Origin: Callorhinchus milii
Lineage: Eukaryota
DNA: 64,000 nucleotides
Direction of reading: 5' to 3'
NCBI RefSeq assembly: GCF_018977255.1
Contig: NW_024704742.1
Coordinates: 16,928,001-16,992,000, forward strand
Shown here: positions 37,714-49,792 of the stretch, one piece after another
How positions within the stretch are numbered: the first letter of the stretch is position 1
Layout of the letters: each line of letters starts with the position of its first letter
Position numbers and translations under genes: made by a program
Notes under the pieces: model-generated
Told to the model about the DNA's origin: nothing
Database searches by the model: none
What the model saw: only the letters and a program-made list of their open reading frames with translations

Positions 37714-39530
37714 CAACAACAACAACAACAAGATTCCATTTATAGAGCGCCTTTCACGTCAGGAGGACGTCCCAAGGCGCTGCACAGTTGGGTCATGACC
37801 CGAGCAGGGGGGAAATGGTCAGGGTGAGGGGAGGGAAGGGAGGGAGCGAGGAGGAGGAAGAGAGTCGAGAGGGGAGCTGAAGGCACGGTCAAAGAGAAAG
37901 GTTTTGAGACCGGCCTTGAAGGAGGAAAGGGAGGAAGCAAGGCGAAGGCACTGGGGGATGGAGTTCCAGAGCCTGGGGGCTGAGAGGCTGAAGGCCCGAC
38001 CACCGATAGTAGGGCGGTTGGGGCGGGGGACGTGGAGCAGACCGGAGCCAGAGGAACGGAGGGTACGGGCAGGTAGGTAGGGGGATAGTAGGTTGGAGAG
38101 GTAGGAGGGAGCAAGGCCGTGAATGGCCTTGTAGGTGAGGATGAGGATCTTGAAATCAATCCTCTGGGGGATGGGGAGCCAGTGGAGGCGAGCGAGGGTG
38201 GGAGTGATGTGGTCGCGAAGCCTGGTGCGGGACAGTACACGAGCTGCAGAGTTCTGAATGACCTGCAGCTTGTGGAGGGAGGTGGCGGGAAGGCCGGCGA
38301 GGAGAGAGTTCCCATAGTCCAGCCTTGAGGTGACAAAGGCGTGAACCAGGGTTTCAGCAGCGTGAGGGGTGAGGTAGTGCCGTAATCTGGCGATATTCCG
38401 GAGGTGATGGAAGGCGGTGCCAGTTGTGGTGCGGATGTGAGGGAGAAAGGACAGCTCAGGGTCGAACAAAACGCCGAGGTTCCTGACTGGCTTTGAGAGG
38501 TGGAGAGTGCAGCCTTGGATGCTGATGGTGTCAGCGCCTGAGGTGCGGAGGCGCTGACGTGAGCCAATCAGGAGGGCCTCGGTTTTTCGCACGTTGAGCT
38601 GAAGAAAGTTGTCTCTCGTCCAGGACTCGATGTCGGACAGGCAGCTGTCAGGACATCGGTGGTCGTGGAGTTGAGAGTAGAGGAGGAAAGGTAGAGTTGG
38701 GTGTCATCCGCATACATGTGGAAGTTAACTCCATGTCTGCGGATGATGTCACCGAGGGGGAGCATATAGAGGGTGAAGAGGAGGGGACCGAGGACAGAGC
38801 CCTGAGGGACACCACATGAGACAGTACGGGGGGTGGAGGAGAAGCCATTCGTTGAGACGAAGTGAAGACGGTGGGAAAGGTAAGAGCTAAACCATTCAAG
38901 GACAGTGCCTTGAAGGTTGAGGTGGGAGGACAAGCGGTGGAGGAGGATAGCGTGGTCGACCGTATCGAATGCTGCCGATAGGTCGAGGAGGACGAGGAGA
39001 CAGAGGGAGCCCTGGTCACAGATGGTCAGGATATCATTGGTGACCTTGACCAGGGCAGTTTCTGTGCTATGAGCAGCACGGAAACCTGACTGAAGGGGTT
39101 CGAAAAGGGAATGGGTGGAGAGGAAAGAGCGCAGTTGGGAGGCGACAACTCTTTCCAAGACCTTGGAGAGAAAGGGGAGGTTGGAGATGGGCCGGTAGCT
39201 TGATAGCTGCGACGCATCAAGGGAGGGTTTTTTCAGGGTGGGCGTGATGATGGCAGTTTTTAATGGAATGGGGACAGAGCCAGAGGAGAGGGACAGGTTT
39301 ATGATGTCAGTGATGTGTGGGGCAAGAAAATGGAATTGGGAGATAAGGAGTGGAGTGGGGATGGGGTCAAGGGAGCAGGTGGTTGGTTTTAGGGATAGGA
39401 TGAGTTCAGTGACAGAGGGTGGGGAAACGGGTACAAAGGTGTGTAGGGGAGGATGGGTAGGAGTCGGAGTGTGGGAGGGAAGGGGTGGGTGGAAGTTGGA
39501 GGGGAAGTGACCGCGGAGCGGATTCCCTTG
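37714..39530 (-). mobile_element. Young 5'-truncated L2 LINE (subfamily A) in a TLL1 intron, one frameshift
   Basis: ORFs 38568-39545 and 37819-38592 give a near-complete RT domain and C-terminus; intact 3' stem-loop and (TTG)n; flanked on both sides by (CA)n. Confidence 0.95.
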
Positions 39531-42049
39531 ATCACACACACACAAGCGTGAGCCAAAACAGCTTCATGGATTTCCTTTGCGGAATACAACCTATACTCAA
39601 TTTGCATTCACTTAGGCTATTCAGCACCTTAGGAAGTCCTGAAAGGCGCTATACAAGTGTAATTTTGTGTTGTATTATAGAGCAGGTTTACTGTAACTAA
39701 GAAAAATGATAATTTTAGGCGTTAATGTTAATGTCAATTCCCTTTCTCTCTGAAAGGCAGTATCCCTTTGCTGGAAGAGTTGCCTGGGTCCAAGCCACCC
39801 TCAGAGTCCTGCTGAAATCAGCTAACTTAGCACAGTCCAGCAGTTGAACCTGCAAACCTCTGATTTAAACGGCCCAGTGATGCAATTGGCAATATTTTGG
39901 GTAAACATTCCAAGCAAGTCTAACGGAAAATCTCAGCAGTGGCCGATATCACCAAAGAATCTGCAAATAAACTCACTGAATTTCTCTCCATGTTGCCTTA
40001 ATGCACTGGATCAACAGGGAAGTTTATATTGTATACTTTTGTTCAGTTCATAGCTGTTTGTGGGACATTGCTATGCATAAATTTGCAGTTGTGTTGGCCT
40101 ACAAAACAACAACAACAAAATTACATTTATAGAGCGCCTTTCATGTCGGGAGGACGTCCCCAAGCGCTGAAGTTACTACAGTTACTACACTTTACAGTCA
40201 ATCCTGTGACACATTTTGAGATGATCTCCCAACGATGTGGTAAGGTGTTATATCAAATCCAAGGATTATTATTATAATGTAGTGGGGGGGGGGGGTGGTA
40301 GTGGGAAGGGGGCTGGATTAAGACTGACATTATTTTGTTGTACTAAGCACATCTCTGATTTATTGCAGGATGAGAAATGTGGTGTCAGGGCTTGGTAATG
40401 GCGGAACACTGAGCTGAAAGGTTAAAGCCTTACTGCAGGATCCCATCAAGGATGAACAGAGGTAATATTAAATTTAGCAGGCCGGTGAGCGATTGACAGC
40501 TTTTAATACAATACATATTCATTAGTCCTGCGCTAGTGTCAAAAGCACAATCTTTTCTTAAAATAGTTCTTTCAAACATAATACCAACAATAATCCTTGC
40601 ATTTTCTATTATGCCTTATCACATCGTTGAGACATCTCAAAGCGCATCACAGAATATACTGTAAAGTGGAGTGACTGTATTTTGTGTTGCTCACCAATCC
40701 TTTCACTACAAATTGACAAAAACAAATTTTGAGTTGCAACAAGGTTTATATAATATTCATTTACAATCAGCTTCAGCAACCTAACGATTAAGAAGTGTTT
40801 ATCATTTTAATAATAAAAAAACAAGGGAAACCATGGCATGCTGTTAAACTGCATTTTCTATCTGCTACAGCAAAGCTATTGAACCTAATCCCAACTGGAT
40901 TCCTGCCAGAGGCACTGTGGTATGTGCTTTATATTAATAGTTGCCCTTGAAAAAGAGGTCCACAACCAAAATGCTGAAGATATCCTTCAGATGAAACTTA
41001 TTTTTAAAAAATGCCATTTTGCATAGGAGTCATGGGAAGAATGATATGACAGAGAGTGCTAAATACTTAAAGTTGGACAGAATGATTGTATAATGCCAGG
41101 AGCCAATCTTACAGAAAAAAACAGATCACATTACAATCTCGTGATGTGAAAGGCAAAACAGCTTTTAACTTTAATTAGTATTGCCGTGACAGCTTGGATG
41201 GGTCAGTGGGTAAGGGCACTGCCCAGTGAATGAACTAGGTCATGCAGACCAGAAGACTGTAGGTTCGAATCCTGTTCTGAATTAGTTGATCTTCCTCTAA
41301 ACCCTCACTCTTCCCCACCTCCACACTGGTTGAAGTTGGAGGCATGAAAATTGATCTTAGTGCCCAAGGCTAGGGATTATGTTGGGAGGGAAGGAGAAGA
41401 GTGCAAGGCAACTCCCAATTGTTACTCAGTGCTGCTGCTAAAAATGGATTTCAGATTAATGGAGTATCAATATATTTTGTGCGAAAACATGGCACACATT
41501 GAACATTAACATTTTTATCATCAGAAGTCATCCATAAAGCAAACCCTGCCAAAACTACTTCAGAAGGTTAATACTAAGTGTCATATCTTTGATTTATAAT
41601 ATGCCAGTTATGATAATATCCCAGTTAATGGGATGTCAGCATATCTGACATCTGGTATTTGTCAGGTGTGGGCAGGATTGGGCTAACGCCTCAAAGGAGT
41701 AGATCAAACACTGACATTCACCGACATGTATGAAATGTAAAGGATTACCACAAGCACGCGACCAGATGATTCCCATACCCAGAGCACCACACGCCAGTGT
41801 GAGTCAGCAATGCTGGGAGGAAGAGGAGGAAATACATGCTTGTCACTGCCTGTAGTCATTTCTCTGAACATGGGCAAGAGCTGAATGGCTAAGATGCTGT
41901 GCTTTGCAGATTGTTTGATCTCATTACCAATCTATAGTATCATATTGGGTCTCTAAATACAGAAATGTTGTCTGGGTAATACATAGTCTGAGTTTAGCTT
42001 GATGGTCGGTCCAGACAGGATTGTGGACATTTTAGGCCCAAAACCTCAC

Positions 42050-42255
42050 CTTATTCTTAGCCTTTAAGTACATTTGTCTTAAAATATAAGATTGCATGCA
42101 CAAAGGTGAACATTTTTTGAATTCTCTGTTACTTTGGAAGTCGGTTTCTTGCAGATTATAAAAAGAATTGGCTACCAAATTCAGACTGAATTAAGTATTT
42201 TCTACAATTTTGCCTGATTTGAAATTTGAAGACAAAATGATCTTACAGTCTGAGA
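42050..42255. mobile_element. Palindromic MITE-like element, copy 5 (intronic)
   Basis: catttgtcttaaaatataagattg...ccaaattcagactgaattaagtattttctacaatt...gaaatttgaagacaaaatg. Confidence 0.65.
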
Positions 42256-42498
42256 CGGTATATTTCGCCCACAAAACATACAGTCAATTCACTTTAAAGT
42301 ATATTCTGTAAAGCACTTTGAGACATCTCAAAGACGTGATAAGGCGCTTTATCAAATGCAAGGATCATTATTATTATATTACTAGGAGCAATTTCAAGCC
42401 TTTATCTGTCATGCAGCGGGAAGAAACAGTGACTGTGCTGGTGGACATATTAAAGCAATTGCAGGTGGTATGGTCATCTTTTCTTACCAAATACTTAC

Positions 42499-42626
42499 TA
42501 TTTTCACCCTGTGCCCTGGGGTAGCTAAGATCTCCCACGTGCATTCTTTGCGGCTGGGGTATTTATCGGGCCAGTTGGGGCTGGTAATGACCCCTGTAGC
42601 ACTGTGGATCTGGTGCTCACATTCAG
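42499..42626 (-). CDS. TLL1: TLL1 coding exon, CUB4 N-terminal part (128 nt)
   Basis: Manual translation (A)[42 protein letters not shown]; acceptor ctctgatcacAG, donor ATA|GTaagt; phase 1-0. Confidence 0.95.
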
Positions 42627-45600
42627 CTGTGATCAGAGAAGAATAAAACTGATCAGTACATCGTCAAACTGTCATTTGTAACGTGAGTCACACAATAATA
42701 ACTTTCATATTAGCACTCAGTTCACATTCACAGAACAAAATCACTCACAAAGACAAAGGATAAAACACAAAGTCTAAAAGGTTTGCTGAGAGGTTGATAT
42801 ATATTTATATTGGATACAGTATTTATATTTGTTAGGTAAGGATATCAAGGGATATGGGGCCAGGGTGGGTAATTGGAGTTGAGGTACAGATCAGCCATGA
42901 TCTTATAGAATGCTGAACAGGCTTGAGGGGATGAATGGGCTACTTCTATTCCTATGTTCTTAATGTGTATTGTATATCAAGATAAATGGTAACTTGCAAA
43001 ACTGGCTTTTCATGTATCAGATGTCCCTCTGGTGTGACAGAACTGAAGGTGCTCTCTGCGGAAGCATTTTCAATCTGAGGGCTGCATTTCTTTGTACCAG
43101 TTATAAATCTGAAATAGCCTTGGGTGATCACTTTATCCCTAAGATTACAGCCTGCAGTTAATAATGGATTACTGAGGTTACTGTACATCTGAATAAGGCT
43201 TTGGGGCCCACAAAAGTGCGAAAGTGGCATCTTTCACTGAAGATGTTTAAATGGACTCACTGTGTCCAATGTGGATCAAACTGTTGCTAAAACATGCATT
43301 TCTCTTAATTAAAAATAAGTCACTAAATAGTGCAGCCTCATTATAAAGCACTTCTTTAGTCTTTATATTATTACTTATTGTGCAGACTCAGCTATAATTT
43401 GGGGGCCATTCACTGTACATGTGTGTGGATGGTCTGTTCGATCTCTATGTGCCCAGCTGTATCTCATGCTACAATTGCTGACTTCTGGATTTTAAGATTG
43501 TCATTAATGTCACTTCTTGCTTTGCGCATGTGTCAACATGCATGTCAGCAGCATCCTGATAACCAAACATCAGACATCTTTTAAGCATGGGAAGCTGCCA
43601 CACTATGAAAATGATTGCCATGGCCTGTTAGTAGAGGACAGAGTGGAATTTATGGCCCTCAACCATTGTGATGTAGCAAAGCTCCAATTTATTGAAGATT
43701 TCAGAAACACTTATTGTGTTTTATCAATATGGTAATATAATCTTCCCATTCTCTCTCATCCCACAATGACACATTGTGCTTCCCAACATAGAAGGAATTT
43801 AGGTTCCCAACATGAAGCGTCTGAATCAAATGATAGCTTTCACATTTCAATGTAAAACATTGTGAGATCTATGTAGCTAAGGCTAGAAAACTAACCCTGG
43901 TCCAAGGGATTTACCTGTGCCTCATCTGTCAATTTAAAACAAGGTCTCACCTAACTAATAACCTAAGTGAAGTTTGAATGATTTAGTTGCAAAGGCATCA
44001 ATGAATAATCATATATGTCACATCTCAAGTATGAAATTGGGCAGAACTCCTGTTAATTCAGTATCTAATTATACATTGTTGACATTAATTTCTTTCTGTG
44101 AATTTTTTTAATAAAAAGTTTAAGTAGCCACAAGTGACTAAGATGTATTCATTGCAACAGAGATGAGGAGTTATCGATTCTGAGGGTATGAGGGCATTTA
44201 AACTACTATCGCATTTTTAAGTGCCCGAAGGAATAACGGCTGCTGTCTAGATACTGTGACTTTTAATTAAAGAATTTCCTAACATCATGTGTTGCTAAGG
44301 CCAACCAAAGTAACACTCTCCTCATCCAACTCTCTTATTCAGACTCAGCACCCTCACCCTGAGCAACTTCCCCCTGCCGACACCAAATGGTCATCACCTA
44401 ACCCTCCACTGACAGAAGGGCACTCCTTCAGTCCACGAGAGAGCACTATCGTAGGAGGCTGGCAATTCACCTTACCTCCTGACCCCTCACTTCCCCCCAC
44501 CCCCTGCATCCACTCTGTTTTGCCCCAACCCCCAAACTCGGCTTCCCCTCTGAAGTCTTCATAAACTGGCCACTTGGCATCTCGTTGTTGCAAGTTGCCC
44601 AACTCCATTATAAAAATAGCGAGCTCGATCCATATATTCCCTGCTCACAGATTAGCTGCCCACAGTCTCAATTTGATCTCTATGCACAGACCCATTATCA
44701 GACATTGAACTGAAGCTGAACTTTAATGAATTTAGGTTCCCAACATGAAGCATCTGAATCAAATGATAGTTCTTACATTTCAGTGTAAAATAAACATTTA
44801 TTTTTTGGCTTAGGCAATAATACAGTAAAGATGCTGGGGCTTAAATAAGAATGTATTTCTGGCTCTGCTGCTCAACAGAGTTGAGGCACGCTGGGTCACT
44901 CTGGAGAATGACCAGTTAATATGTATGATCTGCACAGATTTCTTGAATCCCCACCAGCAAATACCATTCTTTCTAGAACCCTAGAAATTTACAGCACAGA
45001 AGGCCATTCAGCTTATTTATGTCTGAGCAATCTATTTTAAAGAGCAATCTATTCCGTCCTGCTTAGCTGCCTTTCCACAATATCCCTGCAAATTAATTGT
45101 CATTAGATATCTATAATAATCATAAAAAACCTTGCAATTGATATAGCGATTTTCATGTCTTCTCGACGTCTCAAAGCGCTTCACAGAATAGACTGTAAAG
45201 TGAATTGGACCGTATATTTGTGGGCAAATATCTATCTACTTCCCTTTTGAAAGATGATACAGATCTTGCCTCAGATATCGCAGGGCATTAACTATATAAA
45301 AGAAAAGTCCTAATTTCTCCCTTTGCTCCCTTGTTAAATTGTTATGTTAAATTGATGCCCTCTTGTCACAGATCATAAACTATTTGATCAGATTTTATGT
45401 TGTTGTTACTCAGAACTGTTTTGTTAGATTTTCTATAAATCTGACTTACTTTGTTAAATTCTTAAAAGTTAGTCATTTTACTTTGCCTTTTCAAGAAAAT
45501 TGAAATTAACAATGGGAGTGTGGCTGATAGATGTGTGTCAGAGGATCTGCTGAGAAATTACTGGTGATTAATTATTGGAAATTGCAGAGCAGTCCTGTGG

Positions 45601-46520
45601 GTAGAAGATAAAAGAGCTTTGTTTCTATTTGGTAAAGAAAAATTATTGGAAAGAATAATGATTAACTGGAATACTTCTTCCCTTTATCATATTTCTATTA
45701 TATGGCTGTTTGTGGGACGTAGCACTTTGAAACATGAAAGCCACTATATCAAATGCAAAGATTATTATATTATTATTGTATTACTGTTGAAACAATGGGC
45801 CTTATAATAAGCTGATTCCTACAAATAAAGGTGTGAATCTGTTCATGTCTGTTTAATGCGATATCCAAGATTTAGACAAAATCTATCAAAACATTTTCAA
45901 ACAGAGATAAAATATTCTTTCATACAATAAAGACATGACTAAAACTGCTATTATTAGTAATTGGCTGGTGACAGACCCCAGTCTTTGTGTATCTCACTGT
46001 GGTCTTTAAACATCTTTAATTCTCATTTTAAAATTGGCAAAACAACAGGAAGTATTTGAAATGAACTGATTGGGGGAGTGATTGATAATTCATGTCTGGA
46101 ATGACAGAAATGTGGGTGTTTAATCTGTCCCGCAATAAACTTGTGGTTCTCCACTTCAAATTCCACAAACTTTGTTAATGACAAAGACATTCCCAAAATA
46201 TACAGCTCGCATGCCAGTGACGTCAATGTATTACAGTGACTCCCACTGGCTGATTCCAATTATTTTCAGAGTATTTTTCTAACCCCCACGTAAGTGCTCA
46301 CTCTACCTCATGTTTCTGTTTCATTCTTAAGCACATAAGGAGCTTTTAGAAATTGGATAATTGCACATTTCTTATTAAGAAATCTGTTAAGAAAAACTGC
46401 TAACTAGACCGCATTATTATTTTCTTCTACCAAATGGGGAATGCTTTGAGCAATAAGTCCCTTTGTGTATCTAACCAACAATCAAACACTTTCTTGAGGA
46501 AGAGACACATTAACATGTAC

Positions 46521-46646
46521 CCTCTTTGCAGTCGTGTTTGTTTTCATGTAGCACAAATCCATTACGACACTGGCAAACATAACTTCCTATGGTGTTGATG
46601 CACTCGTGTTGGCAGCCACCGTTGTCCTTGGAGCACTCATCCTTGT
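46521..46646 (-). CDS. TLL1: TLL1 coding exon, calcium-binding EGF-like domain 2 (126 nt)
   Basis: (D)[41 protein letters not shown] within ORF 46510-46791; acceptor cttcacAG, donor G|GTacat; phase 1-1. Confidence 0.95.
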
Positions 46647-49500
46647 CTGTGAAGAGGTTGAGGGGAGACAACACAAATAGATACTTTATGAACTGCTCAT
46701 TAGAAACAGTCAGGTGAATCCACAAAAAAAATGTGCAATGGTGTGTTTGTCCAGAACAAGGTAAACTAAAACTCAGGCCTGACTGTCTCATAATAGCCAG
46801 TGCCTCCTGCTTTAGCTGTACCTATTCATTATAAAGCCTGCGTATTTTAACCTATAATTGACAATCCATCAAGCAGACACTAAAAGAAGCTTTTGGGCTC
46901 GGCAGTAGCTCCAAGCTGTTTACATTCTGCTAAGCAAAGAAAAACTCAGCCTTTCTAGTTTAAATCATCTGTAGTTTTTACAGTGCTTGGCAGTGCGTTA
47001 TGGCTTAATGAATCTGGACGTTTCTAAAACACACAAGTTAAGCCAGCATGAGTTAAGATCGACAGGAAACGATCACCCTGTTCATTTTAGACAGACCTAC
47101 TGATCAAGGCAGTATTTCAGCGAATTATTCCATTTATTTAAGTAGTCACCTGAAAAGGTACAATGGTGTTAGAAGTGAAGCAAAGGTTAGCATAAAATTC
47201 TATATAACTCCATGAAATCTGCTTAAAACAGCCAAAAACTGGTTGCAGGCAGAGGGGGAAAGCCAAAACTATATTAGCATTCATTCCAGTGAGTGGCAGT
47301 CAGCTCTTATCATTCAGTGTGAGCTGTCATATTAGCAAGGCGTGGGTTGTCCATTTGGTCAAAACTGGCAGACTGTTTCACTCACACTCAATTCCGTGAT
47401 GTAGATAGCTTTATGACTTCGGCATGCAGAGAATTGAGAGGCGCGGGCAGCTGTTAATTACTGAAACAGATGGAAGCATATCAGGGAGAGAGAGAGAGAA
47501 AGAACAGAGAGGGTATAAAAAGTTCACATGATGTGCAGTTTGTTCACTGGCCAGTAACGCAAGTGCAAGGAAAAGTGAATGTATGTATTTAAGGCTGTGG
47601 TTGGATTAAACCAGAACATTTGCTTTATTTAGTTATATGGACAAATTAATTGTTGAGAAAATGAAGGAGTGTTATGGCTTTTGAGGTAGAATGACTGGTA
47701 ATTCCAGAATGAATGCACTACATAAATATATTTACATTCTTAAATATAATTCCTAAAGGATCCTATTCACTCAATATGTTTAAGGGTAATTATTTTATAG
47801 CCTCTTGTACAAGGCCGAGAAAAATATGAGCATTGCATTCCTAAACATTAAGAAGGTTAGGAAGCAGAGGTCTTGTGTAGCTGTAATGATTTAAGAGCGA
47901 AGATGTATGTTTTTTTTGTGGGAGGATAAGCGCCTTTGGTGCTGCTGGGCAGAAATCAGTCTTCCAGTTTTGAAAGGATTTGAGTCAGTCCCCAAAGTAA
48001 TGAAAGATCCATCCCCCAAAAACGTGTTAGACGCCAACTAATCAGAGGACATGTGGTCGTACCTCTGAGACTCTCAGAGGCCACCAGTCTGTCAATAATA
48101 CGTACTCGGCTGGAAAGGGAAACCTGCATCAAGTTCTTGCAAGATTCAAAAATAAATATTTTCTCTTTGCAGGGAGCTTCCTTGTCTGTGAAAGAAAATG
48201 TACCAAGATGGCACCAGAGGTGAGTGCATGCTGATTGCTCGAAGACCATTGTGTCATCTGGAACCGGGGCACAACAATATGCTTTACCTGCTTCTGACGG
48301 CTCCGGGGCTAAATAATATAACCAAAAAATACTTCAGGTTTTAGTAACCTTTCTTAGACATGGATAAAATATACAAAGTACAGTACCCTTTATTTTTACT
48401 ATTAACACAATAAACTGTAACACACTATCCCAAATATACACCTGCATTTTCACAACTTCTTATTCAACTCAAACTGTCAAATTATTTAATACTTATTTAC
48501 ATGACTGCAGATGTTTTGCCACCAGCCCCATCTGTGCAGGCAAAACAGATAATCTTATATCTGGAAATTATGCTGTAATAGGAGGACTAAAAGATTTGAC
48601 AAACATCTAGTTTAAGAAAATATAGCATGCTTTTGAACATTGTGTGGATATGATGGGTTACCTGAGCACAGACACATCCAAGAACATTTTGCTCGGTGCC
48701 ACAACCCATCCTTTGCGCTGGTTAGATGATCTCAGCCAGATGGTAGTAGAGAATAACCTTAGTAACCTGGCTGGGTGTGGACAAAATCAGTCTCTCCTGA
48801 TCACCAGCAGTGACCCTAGCTGGAATGTATGTGTCCAAACAACAAAAACTTGCACGTTTATAGAGCCTTTCATGTCATATAACTCTTTGAAGTGCCACAC
48901 AGAGATGGAATTAAACTTAAGCAAGGTGGTAAATAGGAGGTTGGGAAGGGGAGGGAACCTCAGTGTGGTTAAAGAGGTAGGTATTTGGAACAGTTTTAAA
49001 GCAGAGGGAGGGTGTGGTACAGAGGATTTTGGTAGAGTGTTACAAAGAGTGGAGGCATAGGGGTAGAAGTCATAGAATGATACGGAGTGAGGAAAGGATT
49101 GGAATCTGCTGTGATTCCCCCCCCGCATAATCAAATCACCTGCTTATACTCAGTACCTCAGCTCACACCTGAAGATTTGGTATTATATATATGCCTTATT
49201 ACAGTCCAGGAACCTAGGGAACTGTACTTCTAAAACATCAGTACCTTCTGAGGACTCAAATTCTGGTCAACATTCTGTGTCGTGACATTAAAATAGTCCT
49301 TGCACTTGATCACAAGATTGATCTCGATCAAGAGGCCCTTTGGCCCATTAAAAATTTAATACACCTTCATGACGTCCCCTATGAGTCATCCTCTTTCAAA
49401 ACTTAAGAGCTTGTCTAGTCGTTGCTCATAGCTCATTCTTCTAACACTGGGGATCATCCTCATTGCTCTCCTCTACCCTATCTCAAGGGCCTTATTATAT

Positions 49501-49610
49501 TGACAATAATAATAATCCTTGCATATTGACAATAATAATAATCCTTGCATATTGACAATAATAATAATCCTTGCATACTGACAATAATAGTTATCCTTGC
49601 ATATGACAAT
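49501..49610. repeat. 26-bp tandem repeat x4 derived from the SINE 3' terminus
   Basis: tgacaataataataatccttgcatat at 49501, 49527, 49553 and 49579. Confidence 0.9.
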
Positions 49611-49792
49611 GCCAACCTTGAATGACGAATTTCCCCATTATAATCTCTCACCATCAAAGTCAAAACACGGTCACTGCTCAGATTTTTAGTCTTCAGAAAG
49701 TGGAGAAATATTTGAACATAGAAATAAGGCTTGGATATATATAATACAAATAATATTCATAGAAACAACACTCACATTGTATTTGGTGTTAT

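Noticed and set aside
49501..49610. CRISPR-like array of 26-bp repeats (also 4321-4413)
   Set aside because: Repeats are contiguous with no spacers, there are no cas genes, and the context is eukaryotic.
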